Source: Macrostomum lignano (taxonomy: Eukaryota). Taken from it: 64,000 nucleotides of DNA. The translations under genes were made by a program, and so were the position numbers. This document shows, piece by piece, positions 1-18,303 of this stretch. The stretch is from the NCBI GenBank assembly GCA_002269645.1, contig NIVC01000415.1, positions 496,001-560,000 on the forward strand, in the 5' to 3' direction. The notes under the pieces were generated by a model that saw only the letters and a program-made list of their open reading frames with translations, made no database searches and was not told where the DNA came from. Positions within the stretch are counted from its first letter, which is position 1. Each line of letters starts with the position of its first letter.

Positions 1-125
1 TGTCTACAATCTACTGAATCTATCTGCAATCTACTGAATCTATCTGCAATCTACTCTATCTATCAGCAATCTACTGCATCTAGCTATCTGCAATTCACAG
101 CATCTATCTGCAAGCTACATCTACT
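1..125. repeat. Degenerate ~20-bp tandem repeat in PISD intron
   Basis: Recurring ctatctgcaatctactgaat-like units directly beyond the PISD donor at 146. Confidence 0.7.
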
Positions 126-146
126 CTATCCAAGCACCCTGACTAC

Positions 147-765
147 CTGCAGTGTATAATCGACACCCTTGACTTGTTCCAGGCGTCCATCAGGTTCGGC
201 CCGACCCAGATGCAGCACCAAGCCATCAGCGGGCGCCACCAGGCCCACTTTCGCTGCCACAGGTCTTGCATCGGGTCGCAGCTCTCGCCTGAAGAATTCT
301 GACAGATTCCTGTACCCAGTCAAGTCACTGTTAGCCACTTCAGTTAAATTGCAATGGAACAATCGGGCATACAGGCTGTAGGCTGGTTGGCGAGCGAATT
401 CAGGCAGCTCGACATGCTGGCAGCGACCCCACAGTCGGGATAGCGCATTTAATGGTAGACGACGATAAACTCGAAGCTTTTTGTACAAAAAGGGTAAAAG
501 GCGGGAGCAACTTTTTCTTTATGATGAGTGTTAGATGACTTGCTATCTAATTAGTAAGTTATTAAAAATGTAGTTCAAATATCACTCATACCCTAATAGA
601 TGAGTCCTCCATGTAGATCGCATTCCAATTAGCCTTCTCTTCATTAGTCAGTGGTCGAAAAGCTAGCCAAGAAGAATATGCAATAGTGCCACTAGCACTA
701 GCTATTGTCATCATTTTAATAATTCTCATTGCACTTTGGACTGGAATAAGCATATATTTGAACAT
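147..765 (-). CDS. PISD: Phosphatidylserine decarboxylase, first two coding exons (765-592, 510-147); continues off the window
   Basis: Exon 2 encodes LPLNALSRLWG...YRNLSEFFRRELRPDARP...APADG...EQVKGVDYTLQ, matching PISD motifs. Donor AGG|GTATGA at 591, acceptor AG at 512-511, donor CAG|GTAGTC at 146, all phase 0. The start ATG at 765 is inferred. Confidence 0.85.
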
Positions 766-1360
766 ACTGTAATGAGAAATATATATGCATTTTAGTTTCA
801 GAAACAAGAGTTTATACATAATTGTGCCCTACAAAAAATTAAGAAACTGATTAAATAAAAACATTATATTTTCTCACCTGTCCTAAGTTATCCTTAACAC
901 AAATAAATTGTTACTAAATTAGCTTTTGTTATAGTAGAGGACAACTATACTATGTCTCTAGAGGATAGTTGTCTAGAGACAGATAGACAACTATCTATAG
1001 CCATATAAGCATAGTTAGAAGCAAAACTAGGGTTTTTTTCTAAATCGAAATCATTATATTTCTATAGGGCTAATCATAGCTATATTTTGAAAAAAATATT
1101 AAGAGCCAGTTTCTATGCATAACAGTTTCTATATATATATTTTTTACCAGTTTCTATGCATAACATTCCAAATGAAATTATAGCAAAACCAAAGTTCTTA
1201 GCAACTATAATTACTAAATAGGATAATTACTAAGTTATTATAAGCTTTTTGACCTCTTACAATATTCTTAAGACTAAGTAAGTGTCGATTTTTTAAATTT
1301 TCTACTGCTTTAACATTCAAAACTATAGAAATAGATAGGAAATATTTGATGGTAGCACTA

Positions 1361-1610
1361 CAATTGCCTGCACACAACTGCCTGCGCAACAACTGCTTTT
1401 GTTCAAGTTATAACATACTTTGAATTCATTACACAAAAACCTGTTTTTTCGCTGTTTGATATTTTAGTTTTTCTTCTAATTACTGATAATAACTATGATA
1501 ATACGCTCTGAGTTATTAAACAAGCTCAGCTAGCATACGTTTGTCTCCACACTCCACAGTCGTCGCAGGCAGTTGTCGTGCAGGCAGTTGTCGCGCAGGC
1601 AATTGTCGTG
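1361..1610. mobile_element. Degenerate MITE-like inverted-repeat element
   Basis: caattgcctgcacacaactgcctgcgcaacaactgc (1361-1396) is inversely repeated by gcaggcagttgtcgtgcaggcagttgtcgcgcaggcaattg (1565-1605). No TSD found. Confidence 0.5.
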
Positions 1611-2064
1611 GAAGTATACTTAGGACTCAGGACTTGGGTTATACGTGCAGCAGGAAAATAAGCGTTCTTAGAAAATATAGTTTTCAAAATATACTTTCTG
1701 CCATTTGAAGAAATAGATAGATTTTAAGTAAAAACTTTTTCTTCAACCAAAAAATTGTTTAATTTAGTTCTAATGTTTTTCTGCATTAAAACACTTTTAA
1801 TATCGTTATAGTAGGTGTTTTTGATGTTTTTGGGACGAATTTAAAACTTCCAAATAAACCATTTCGACTTTTGAACAAATACTAAATACATCGGATTATA
1901 CTGGCAAAACAGGCTCCTTAAGCCTGAGCCAAATTTACTACTACTACTACTACTACGACTTATTTAAAAAATTTAAAGTAAATCGATTGTGTCAAACTGC
2001 ATATGTAGGCTCACAGTGCCTCACACTCACATGGCTTAAAAAGCCAGCCAGTTGCTTCTAGTGT

Positions 2065-2712
2065 CCATAGTCAGGAAGGTGTCCAGTGTACGCCGGAATG
2101 AAAATTAAGAAAAAATGTTGTGTACGCCAAAATTGAAAAGCCCTAAAAAAGCGCTTTTTGACGTACGCCAAAATTGAATAGCCCAAAAAAGCGTACGCCA
2201 AAATTGAGGACCCAAAAAAACTGCAAATGCGCGAAATTTGCAACTTAAATCTTAACTTACCTGTATGTCATCTGTTGTAACGTGAAGAAATCTAAAATAC
2301 TAAAGTAATTATTGTACAGAATTAGTTAATAAGTTAAAATAAATAACTGACTTACACAAAACTTTAGTAAAGTTTTGTTAACAATAAATTAGATTCAAAA
2401 TTTACGTAATTTCAGCGTTTTAAAGATGAAAATAGATTTACCATTTCACTAAAATTGAACGATATACAATACTTTGTCGAAGTAATTGGGTTGTTTGCAG
2501 GTTTTTTAAACGTTTGTTCTTACGCCAATCACATGCAAATATTGTAGGCCGATTTTTGGACAGATTTTTGCATGCGAAAACTGTGTTGTGTACGCCAAGA
2601 ACTCTGTACGCCATTTTTCGGACCGCGTGTACGCGAAACTGTACGCCATTTTGGGGGGGGGGGCTGATGTACGCCGGAAAATTCCGGCGTACGGACACCT
2701 TCCTGACTATGG
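2065..2712. mobile_element. Non-autonomous DNA transposon (MITE) with ~32-bp TIRs and 8-bp TSD
   Basis: TIR ccatagtcaggaaggtgtcc is a perfect 20-bp match at both ends, plus gtacgccggaat. TSD tctagtgt at 2057-2064 and 2713-2720. Many internal gtacgcc subterminal motifs; no ORF. Confidence 0.9.
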
Positions 2713-2846
2713 TCTAGTGTTTCTCAAAGAGTTTCTTTGGCCTATAATGTCATGCTGAAAAACACACAGTAGAAACGAATTTTTTGGCCGAGTGTTTTTT
2801 ATACTTAGAGACGCGTAGTCCTACTCCTACGTCCTACCTAGGCGGT

Positions 2847-2896
2847 CGAGGTGCAGACTTTCCTGGAAGAGCATCTTACCCTCGTGGAAGATGGCA
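2847..2896 (-). mobile_element. 50-bp internal fragment of the LOA/R1-type LINE (RNase H region)
   Basis: 47/50 identical to 62268-62317 by manual alignment. Confidence 0.8.
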
Positions 2897-3795
2897 TTAA
2901 AAAATATAGCATTTAAGCTACTTTACAATTGGAGTAAATTTTTTTATTTATGTCTGCATATAGATTGAAAAACTAGAAATTTCATTTTTTTGCACATGGG
3001 CCATGAATTTTTAAGAATCCCATTTTTTGCCATTTTCAATATTGTCAATTTTTTACTTTAGTTTCTTTTTTTCCTCCTATTACTAAATTAGTAAACATTT
3101 TTAACATTAAAAAAAGTAAATATAAAGCTTTATTGTCAAATGCCAATCCTAATTGCTAGCAATAAAGCTAATTTAACAAGATAAAGTATTATATTTTTAT
3201 TAATACCTTATTATAATAGCAAGAAACCATGATTACCATTAAAAAGTACCATTAAAGGTATATACCATTAAAAGGTGTATTTTATATTATATTAACTAAT
3301 TTATAGTTTTTTGTTATAAGTTTTTTTTGTTTAAATCTACCATTTGTTTAAATGCATACTAGCTAATAATAGCCTTTTTGAATGGCTGATGGCTCTTTCC
3401 AACTAAGATATATAAATAAAGCCTACATCTACTAAGTAAAATAAAATATACCTTTTAAAACCTATGTTCTATTTGTTCCAATACTTAACTAATTTTGCCA
3501 ATTAGGTATCTTATCAAAATATGAAAGTTTTCAAGATCTAAGACTAGAACATTAGTCATTTCAAAAGTGTTAAGTAGAAGAAAAGCTTGAAAACCCAATT
3601 AGATACAAGTATAGAATTTTTAAAGAGAAAAAAGTAATTAGAATATATAAAGTCATAAATAAGAAAAAGAAGCTTTAAAAACTCAAACAATAATTAAAGA
3701 ATCATTAAATACTTAAATAGGAATAAAATGTCATGAATACCTAAAATAAAAATTTAGATAAGCTATAACGGGCTAATGAATAGGGTTAGGAATTA

Positions 3796-5245
3796 CTAGT
3801 GTGGCCCCCCTTCGGGGTGCCCAATAAGCAAGGAGCAAAAATAGTTCATGGAAAACAATTAAAAAGCACATATTCTTAAGAACCAATTCTTTCTTTAATT
3901 TTAAAAATTACCTTATTCATGTAAAATTGTCACAGACAAAGATGTTTGCTATAAATCTCTTTTTTCTTAAATTAACAAACAGACAACAAAATATAGCTTT
4001 CACAAAGCTAACAGGCTCATTCCATATAAGATGGACATATTTAGAAAATAAAAAAGTCAATATTTTTGCTTGCCATTGCCTTATTATCCTATTTTTTACC
4101 AAATGTTTTTTATGTACAATATATACAATCTAAGAATATAAAGGAATGGTAAAATGTTGGATTAGTATGTTATCAAATGGCAAAAAGTCATTTTTGTAAA
4201 AATTTTGTAAAGATTTTGTACCTTTTAAAAACAAATAAAAAGCTTTTGAAGGTTAAAACAAACTATAGATAAAAGTATAGTACTTGCATCATCAGATAAA
4301 AGCATTGGTGACCAAATAATCTATTATATTTTTAATGTATTAGTACCTCAAAGTTACTGAATTGACAGAAAAAATATGTTACGACCATAATGTTAGGACC
4401 ATAAGGCTGCCTTTTCTTTTGTATCTTTGTTGCCTTTGAGTTTATATATTCTAATAAAAGAGTATGATTTCTAAAGATGTTCTTAGTCAAATTTTAAAAA
4501 TGTATTGCAAAATATAAAAAATGAAAAATGTTATGACTTTTACCTTTTAGTTTTTATATGTCAAAAATCCTGTCGTTATGACCATAAGTGTCATTTAAGG
4601 TTTATTAGCATAGTCTATACTAATGATGACATTTATATGAAACTCTATAAATATATTATAGACAAAATAATCTTTCATTTAAAATATTGGTTTATTATAT
4701 TCTATTATTAGATTTCATTTTATAAGTAAAAGTAGCCTGTCATGTTACGACCGTGCTTATATGGAATGAGCCAACAGACATTCTTCCTAAATAAAAAATA
4801 TTCCCAAGACAGCAAGCATCCCCCAGATAGCAAGCATCCACCCAGATAGCAAGTATCCACCCAGATAGCAAGCATCCACCCAGATAGCAAGCATCCACCC
4901 AGATAGCAAGCATCCCCCAGATAGCAAGCATCCCCTAGATAGCAAGCATCATCCCAGATAGCAAGCATCATCCCAGATAGCAAGCATCCCCCAGATAGCA
5001 AGCATCATCCCAGATAGCAAGCATCCACCTAGATAGCAAGCATCCACCTAGATAGCAAGCATCCACCCAGATAGCAAGCATCCCCCAGATAGCAAGCATC
5101 ATCCCAGATAGCAAGCATCCACCTAGATAGCAAGCATCCACCTAGATAGCAAGCATCCACCCAGATAGCAAGCATCCCCTAGATAGCAAGCATCATCCCA
5201 GATAGCAAGCATCCACCCAGATAGCAAGCATCATCCCAGATAGCA
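3796..5245 (-). mobile_element. Helitron-like non-autonomous element, copy 1, with internal 19-20-bp minisatellite
   Basis: The minus strand ends GGCACCCC-GAA-GGGGGGCC-ACA-CTAG|T (hairpin + CTAG followed by T). About 200 bp are homologous to 60509-60720. The cccagatagcaagcatcca array (4805-5245) is shared with copy 2. 5' end not defined. Confidence 0.6.
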
Positions 5246-6239
5246 AGATAGTAAAACAGAGCCTATTATTCAACACCATTGATCCAAGGGAATTCCATAA
5301 CTTTTTGGTTTAAATTAAGTAGTGTTTTACTACTTTATAGCTTTATTATCTTTACTATCTTAACAATTAAGCTAAAAATTAAAAATGATAAATATTGTCA
5401 GTTTTTTAAAAAGTTTATTTTATTAACTTTGCATTATCTAATATAATAGCTTTATATGTTTGATTTTTGAATTTTTGTTTAATTTTAAAAACACGGAAGT
5501 CCTATTTTTTTTATAAATCTGCCTTTAAACAAGTTATTTTTATGCAAAAAGGATGATGTAATTTATTATCATGTAAATAAAAATGAAGTATACATTTATA
5601 TCAGGTTTTTTATTAAAAGTTTTTCCTTAAGTTATATAATAGTTTGTAAATCAAATAAATATATGAGTTGTTTATATATATGCAAAATTGCCAGCCAATT
5701 TGTCCACTCTAGCTAATATAAACTATTGTGGACCAAAGGTAAATCACAAAATTGATGACTTTTTCTAGACAATTTTTACCTCTTTGGCAAAATTTCACAA
5801 AAAATTTAAGTTTCTAAGTACTTAGCTTTTGGGTAAGATCTGGTCAAAATTAAGTTGTGTATATGTTCATCCTCTAACATAGTTGGCATTGGTTAATAAG
5901 AAGCATGATTATTGTAGACAATAAATATTGTATTTAACTGGTTCAATATTTAACATGATTGTCATAGCCAGATAATGTAATTTTCATAGTCTTTAATAAT
6001 AATCTTATTTTCATATTTCTGTAAAACCAAAAATATCACTCTATAGAATCCTGCTGTGTTATAAATAACATAAAATCAATTAACTGCAAAGTTACAGCAC
6101 ACAGACACAGAAGTCCTAAAGAATCAAGCTTGATCACTACTTAACAGCTGAAACAAAGACTTGAAAAGAGCATCGCATACTGGAATATTGCTTAATAAAT
6201 ACTGGCTGGCAGTGATAGTAGATATTATAAATTGTATTT

Positions 6240-11042
<4,803 letters not shown>

Positions 11043-11225
11043 AGCTTCTCATTTTGCAATAACTATTTTAATTAGTTCATAATTAATTGGGGCCAAGGGG
11101 CATTCGCTTCTTCAAGACAATGTTTCCCTATAGAGTTACAGTGTAAGACGCTGATTCGGGTTTTACAATCTCTGCCGAATTTCACAGTTGCAGGTTGCCT
11201 GAATAAGAAAGCCGTTGATTTCGTA

Positions 11226-12085
11226 TCCCTAATCTCTATATCCCAATCTTCATATCCCCAATCTCCACATCCCCAATCTTCATATCACCAATCTCCACAT
11301 CCCCAATCTCCACATCCCCAATCTTCATATCCCCAATCTCCACACCCCAATCTTCATATCCCCAATCTCCACACCCCAATCTCCATATCCCCAATCTCCA
11401 CATCCCAATCTTCATATCCCCAATCTCCACATCCCCAATCTCCACATCCCCAATCTTCATATCCCCAATCTCCACACCCCCAATCTTCATATCCCCAATC
11501 TCCACATCCCCAATCTCCACATCCCCAATCTTCATATCCCCAATCTCCACACCCCAATCTTCATATCCCCAATCTCCACATCCCCAATCTCCACATCCCC
11601 AATCTTCATATCCCCAATCTCCACACCCCAATCTTCATATCCCCAATCTCCACATCCCCAATCTCCACATCCCCAATCTTCATATCCCCAATCTCCACAC
11701 CCCAATCTCCATATCCCCAATCTCCACATCCCAATCTTCATATCCCCAATCTCCACATCCCCAATCTCCACATCCCCAATCTTCATATCCCCAATCTCCA
11801 CATCCCCAATCTCCACATCCCCAATCTTCATATCCCCAATCTCCACACCCCAATCTCCATATCCCCAATCTCCACATCCCAATCTTCATATCCCCAATCT
11901 CCAAATCCCCAATCTCCACATCCCCAATCTTCATATCCCCAATCTCCACACCCCAATCTCCATATCCCCAATCTCCACATCCCCAATCTTCATTCCTTAA
12001 TCTCCATATCCTTAATCTCTATATCCTTAATCTCCATTCCCCAAAGCCCAAACTCCACACCCCAAAGTTCATATCCCCAAACTTT
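11226..12085. repeat. 15-bp minisatellite (ccccaatct[c/t]ca[t/c]at), locus 1, just 3' of DYRK1
   Basis: Same unit family as 26630-30836 and 32085-33866. Confidence 0.95.
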
Positions 12086-12934
12086 ATAGATTGCTGTTAA
12101 ATTATTGGCGTCTAAAACTCGTGGAAATTTCCCCAAATGGACCGGCTCCTTAGGTTGGCTTCAGTAATCCAACTTTTATTCTGATTCTTATAAGTCCATT
12201 TGTATAATCTCCACAGCCTTAATATTGTTCTTGAATAAAGTCAAAATTTGCATACAAAATAGTTTTGATGTTTATTTCTCTATATATATTTATATCTTGT
12301 TACTAAAGCCTGCTAGCGATTGCTTTTCGTTTATAATTTAATAATTGAACACAGTTCATATGTAAAGCAATGTTTTGCTCATCAGAATCGATCCGTGTCC
12401 ACTTTGCTTTCACACTTATAGTTTGTTTGCCTTTCTCTGCTTAAAGGTCAGTTTTGCGGGTTGCAAAAAAAGCAATTGTCTATTTATCGCAAGCAAGCAT
12501 TATTAGAACATTTGTCTGATAATATTCAATATGCACTACTTACTACAGACACAAACTAGTAGCCTCTTGCTCATCTGTTTAACTTTTTTTTCAAATTCCA
12601 CCGTTCATTAAGTATCTAGTTTAGCAAAAAATAGTCTTCAACTTGTGCTCAACACTGAACATAATACTTCAGTGTATGCTTGGCGTGAAAAGGCCTATCT
12701 ATCTGTGTGTTTTTCGAAATTTATTATTGCCTATTTTTGTGCTTTTTTGCGCTTTGATTGATAGCGGAAGCTTATATTAATCTTTAGGCACGCTTTCACC
12801 CTTGACAAGTCTGAAGTACCGGCTAGACAGTTAGGTAAAAGCCACTGGTAAACAGTGCTCAGCTTGTCTCTTGAACAACCCTCAACTCACTCTTCCCTTA
12901 AGGGAATTTAAAGCCTTAAATACAGCCCTAACAA

Positions 12935-14722
12935 TCAGCAATTAAACAGCCCTAACAATTGCCATTAAACAGCCCTAACAATTGCCATTAAACAGCCCTA
13001 GCAATCGCCATTAAACAGCCCTAACAATTGCCATTAAACAGCCCTAACAATTGCCATTAAACAGCCCTAACAATCGCCAATAAACAGCCCTAACAATTGC
13101 TATTAAACAGCCCTAACAATTGCCATTAAACAGCCCTAACAATCGCAATTAAACAGCCCTAACAATTGCCATTAAACAGCCCTAACAATTGCCATTAAAC
13201 AGCCCTAGCAATCGCCATTAAACAGCCCTAGCAATCGCCATTAAACAGCCCTAACAATTGCCATTAAACAGCCCTAACAATTGCCATTAAACAGCCCTAA
13301 CAATCGCCAATAAACAGCCCTAACAATTGCTATTAAACAGCCCTAACAATTGCCATTAAACAGCCCTAACAATCGCAATTAAACAGCCCTAACAATTGCC
13401 ATTAAACAGCCCTAACAATTGCCATTAAACAGCCCTAGCAATCGCCATTAAACAGCCCTAACAATTGCCATTAAACAGCCCTAACAATTGCCATTAAACA
13501 GCCCTAACAATCGCCAATTAAAGGGCTCTAACAATGGCTATTAAACAGCCCTAACAATTGCCATTAAACAGCCCTAACAATCGCAATTAAACAGCCCTAA
13601 CAATTGCCATTAAACAGCCCTAACAATTGCCATTAAACAGCCCTAACAATCGCCATTAAACAGCCCTAACAATTGCCATTAAACAGCCCTAACAATTGCC
13701 ATTAAACAGCCCTAACAATCGCCAATTAAAGGGCTCTAACAATGGCTATTAAACAGCCCTAACAATTGCCATTAAACAGCCCTAACAATCGCAATTAAAC
13801 AGCCCTAACAATTGCCATTAAACAGCCCTAACAATTGCCATTAAACAGCCCTAGCAATCGCCATTAAACAGCCCTAGCAATCGCCATTAAACAGCCCTAA
13901 CAATTGCCATTAAACAGACCTAGCAATCGCAATTAAACAGCCCTAACAATCGCCAATAAACACCCCTAACAATTGCCATTAAACAGACCTAGCAATCGCA
14001 ATTAAACAGCCCTAACAATCGCCAATAAACAGCCCTAACAATCGCCATTAAACAGCCCTAGCAATCGCAATTAAACAGCCCTAACAATCGCCAATAAACA
14101 GCCCTAACAATCGCCATTAAACAGCCCTAACAATCGCCATTAAACAGCCCTAGCAATCGCCATTAAACAGCCCTAGCAATCGCCATTAAACAGCCCTAAC
14201 AATCGCCATTAAACAGCCCTAACAATTGCCATTAAACAGCCCTAGCAATCGCCATTAAACAGCCCTAACAATTGCCATTAAACAGCCCTAACAATCGCCA
14301 ATAAACAGCCCTAACAATTGCCATTAAACAGCCCTAGCAATCGCCATTAAACAGCCCTAACAATCGCCATTAAACAGCCCTAACAATCGCCATTAAACAG
14401 CCCTAACAATCGCCATTAAACAGCCCTAACAATCGCCATTAAACAGCCCTAACAATCGCCATTAAACAGCCCTAACAATCGCCATTAAACAGCCCTAACA
14501 ATCGCCATTAAACAGCCCTAACAATCGCCATTAAACAGCCCTAACAATCGCCATTAAACAGCCCTAACAATCGCCATTAAACAGCCCTAGCAATCGCAAT
14601 TAAACAGCCCTAACAATCGCCATTAAACAGCCCTAACAATCGCCATTAAACAGCCCTAGCAATCGCCATTAAACAGCCCTAACAATCGCCATTAAACAGC
14701 CCTAACAATCGCCATTAAACAG
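12935..14722. repeat. 23-bp minisatellite
   Basis: Unit gccattaaacagccctaacaatt, ~1.8 kb. Confidence 0.95.
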
Positions 14723-16343
14723 CTGTTCCAAGTCGCACAATTCTTTAAATTTGCCTTAGTAATTTTGGTCGTTAAGCTACTTACAGTAGTAAATTATACA
14801 AGCTAGCTGTATTGGGTTTCATTGGCTTAGCACTCAAGTTTATTAATTTTAATTTAGTTTCTGTAGTACCCGCAGCCCATAAAATGCATAATTTCGCTTT
14901 GCCGTGCCCGCTGTCTAATTTACCTGTTACTGCAATTTACCTACTATTTACTAATTCTATTGTGTTTCATTAATTTTGCCTTTCTCCAACTGCAAGTGCT
15001 GAGAGCTCTGTAAATCTGATGATCTGAATGCTTTTTCTGCACTGTCGCTGCTTCTCCTCGTAGCTCGCCACTGAAATCGCTATATAAAGAGATTCGCTGT
15101 AATCTGTTAATTTGCAAATACGTGTATTTACGTATACATACTGCATATATGCGCAATGAACATAATAACTATTAATAGACCATAGCTTACTAGTTCTTTG
15201 GCATAATTAATGATACAATTTTTCAAACTTGCAATCTGCATCATCTATAAATACTTTTACTATTTATGTTTAGTAAATTTTTGTTGCATATAGCTGTTTT
15301 AATATTTAACAAGTTGATATATTTGCATAAACTTCAAGCTTGTAAACGCTAAGCTATGTCCTATAAATATAAACTGAAACAGTTAGTTCGCATATTTATT
15401 TAATAATTGCCACGATTCATAAGTTTAAAATCTATTAATAATTAATTTTATAGCTTTGCTTAATAATTTTCATATACTCATGGCCGGCAAGACAGACAGG
15501 CAGGCAGACAGGCAGGCAGACAAACATACAAACAATATCGGAACTGAATATTGCTTATCTACTCGTAATCTGTTCGAGAAACCAGATATAATTACATGTA
15601 AGTATATATAGCGCTCGCAGTTTGGGCTACCGTAAATGAAATACATGTACATATTAAGCAGTGTTCTGTCAAAATTAAACGCGTCCGGAGTGAGTCACAA
15701 AATCGTTATATCACAAAAAGCATTTTTAACTTATTCCTGTTTGCTGTTTTGTTCGACTCAATTATAACTAATTTTTAAAATACATTTAATTGCCAAGGTG
15801 AGTCCTGTCTCTGCTATGTGCAGAATACTCGTATCAGTTTAAGTTACAACATTTAATGCTCGTGCCGTCCCGTGCGCATGTTCAAATGTATGTGGTACAC
15901 GTTCCTCTACACAGTACGTGTCAGCGTGAATTAAAAACTGCCAATTCGCATTCTAGCCATCTCCATCACACACGTCGGGTCGATCATTTTGGACAACTGA
16001 AGTAAAAAATAAGCAATCAGTTACCCCTTGATTTTCTTATTACATAAGCTACATTTTTCATATCACAGTGCATATATTCTAGAGAACGCCTGCATGTGGG
16101 GGTGCATTGGGGTTTCGCACCATACATGTTTGAGAAATCCGATCTGCATGTAAGCGCATACAGTGGGTAAATTCAGGCGTAGAAAATTTATAAATATGCT
16201 CGTGCACCTGGATACCGTGTACGAGCTATATATAATACAAGCAGCAGCTTACACATACATACATTTACATACATGTATGTGCAAAAACTCAATGTGGCAC
16301 GTACGTCCACTGCAGTCGCCATTCACAGCTTCTCGCAAATAGC

Positions 16344-17521
16344 CAATGGTGGGCACCGCTAAAAAATATTTTTGTAGCGCCGCTATATAGCGTTTCCGCT
16401 ATCAAATTTTTAAAAAAAGTTTGCGCCGCTATATGTAGCGGCCGCTATTTTAGTTTCAAAATTAGCGAATTTAGCGCCGCTAAATGAAATTCGCTAAAAT
16501 TCAAAATTTCCTAAAAACATGAAAAAAAAACTTAATTTTTACCGTTTCTTTTCTTTAGTTTAAGCAGTGTGTGAATATTTGAAAGATTTTACTTTATATT
16601 TATTAAAATAAAAAACGCAAATTAGTTAAAATTCGTCAAATTAAAAAAAGTAAATTGTTGTACTCATACCATGCAAAGCCAAAGGATAAGGTAAGATGAT
16701 AACCGGTCCAGTACACTAACATGACAGACAGTAAGTACCGTAGTAAGTTTAGTAACTTTACTTAGTAAGTTGCCACTGCCAGTCGCCAAGTCGGTCACCG
16801 TTGCTGGTTGGCAGTCAGTGATGGTAATTGACGTGACTATTTAAATTTTACTATCGAAATTGCTTGAATTACTGATTTACGGAATTGTATTTACTTACGG
16901 CACTCGCAATTGAATCAATTGAATAAACTAGAAATTAAAATGAACATTTATAGATTTATTTAGGAGATAAAATAATTATTCAGACAAAAAACAAACAGCA
17001 AGAACAACAGCAGCAAAAAATGAGACAAGTAACAAAAACAAAAAAGAAAAATTAGACTCATCACTCGATCATCAGTTATCACTATCGTCTATCAGGCATC
17101 AGCATCAGTCTATGATCTATCTATGAGTCCTATATGACTATGAGTATGACTGACTATCAATTTATTTTATTTCTTTCCCTATTAGTATCAGTATGACAGT
17201 ATCAGCACAGTATACATGACTTGATTGTAAATTCTAAAAACCGTTACGTTACGTACGTTAAAAAATGATTTAAAAAATTGAAATCAGTAAAACAAAATTG
17301 TTTTGAAGACTAAAAACCCTAGAGAACGATGTAAAAGAAAATTAGTTGCCTAAAATTTAACGAATTTCAATTTTTGGCGAATTTAAGCGAAACGTAGCGG
17401 CGCTTTTGCAGCGTACGCTAAGTCAAAATTTAATTTAGCGATATTAGCGAATTTCAAAAATCGTAGCGGCGCCAAAAAAATAAGCGAATTTCAAATTTAG
17501 CGCCCGCTATGCCCATCACTG
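16344..17521. mobile_element. hAT-like non-autonomous element (1178 bp)
   Basis: TIRs CAATGGTGGGCA / CAGTGATGGGCA (10/12 match). 8-bp TSD caaatagc at 16336-16343 and 17522-17529. Subterminal tagcg/cgcta motif clusters at both ends. CA.. termini plus 8-bp TSD fit hAT. Confidence 0.85.
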
Positions 17522-17868
17522 CAAATAGCTAGCATAAATAACTTTAATAGGACGTAAATAAGGACGAGTTAGGCCTATAAATTGTGTGGTTTTGTACTTG
17601 ATGATTTTATTTCTTGTGGTGATTGCTTATTGCAATTGCAATTGCAACGAAGGCTAGAAACATGGGTCTTCCTTGATCGTAATTTAATTGATGCGATTTA
17701 TTAAATGCTAGAAAACCCAATTGATTCTGTTAAAATCAAGCAGTAAAAAATAAAATACACGTAGCATCAGCATATAATTAAAAAAACGCAGGATGAACCG
17801 ATAAAATTGATTGGATTTTTCTACGATTTGTTAGATAGTGCACGAAAAAATTTTCAATTAGAAAGATA

Positions 17869-18303
17869 AATCAGCTCCTGCACTGCAGCGATGTTTTCCT
17901 CTATCACTGCTGTCGGAGGTCTCCCGGGCCAGGGGTCATCAGAAAAGCTGGTCCTGCCAGCCTGGAACTCGCGGTACCAGCGTGTAACTGTAGCATATAA
18001 CGGCGCTTGAGCCTCCAATGTTGCTAGTAGCTCGGCATGAGTCTCAAGCGCTATGAGCTTTTGCTTGTGGCAGTACCAAATTAGTAGCCGATTCTGCTCA
18101 TGATTCAATTCCATGGCTGCAGCTGTACAGTTAAGGAGCTCTGACTTTGACTGGAGGCTGAGCAGATGTATATGTATGAATTCACTTGAAAATAAGGTGG
18201 AGACTAGGCCTATGTACATGTTTATTATACAGAGAGTTGGTTTTTAAGATTGTGGGACTTGCGCAAGTGGTTGAATTGCAAAACTTTTGGAGTATCCCTC
18301 ATA
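17869..18303 (-). mobile_element. Mariner remnant: 5' TIR plus N-terminal transposase HTH fragment
   Basis: MELNHEQNRLLIWY...TVTRWYREFQAGRTSFSDDPWPGRPPTAVIEENIAAVQELI (18114-17869) is a typical mariner N-terminus. TA|TGAGGGATACTCCAAAAGTTTTGCAA at 18303-18276 resembles mariner TIRs. No WVPHEL, DD34D or 3' TIR seen. Confidence 0.8.
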
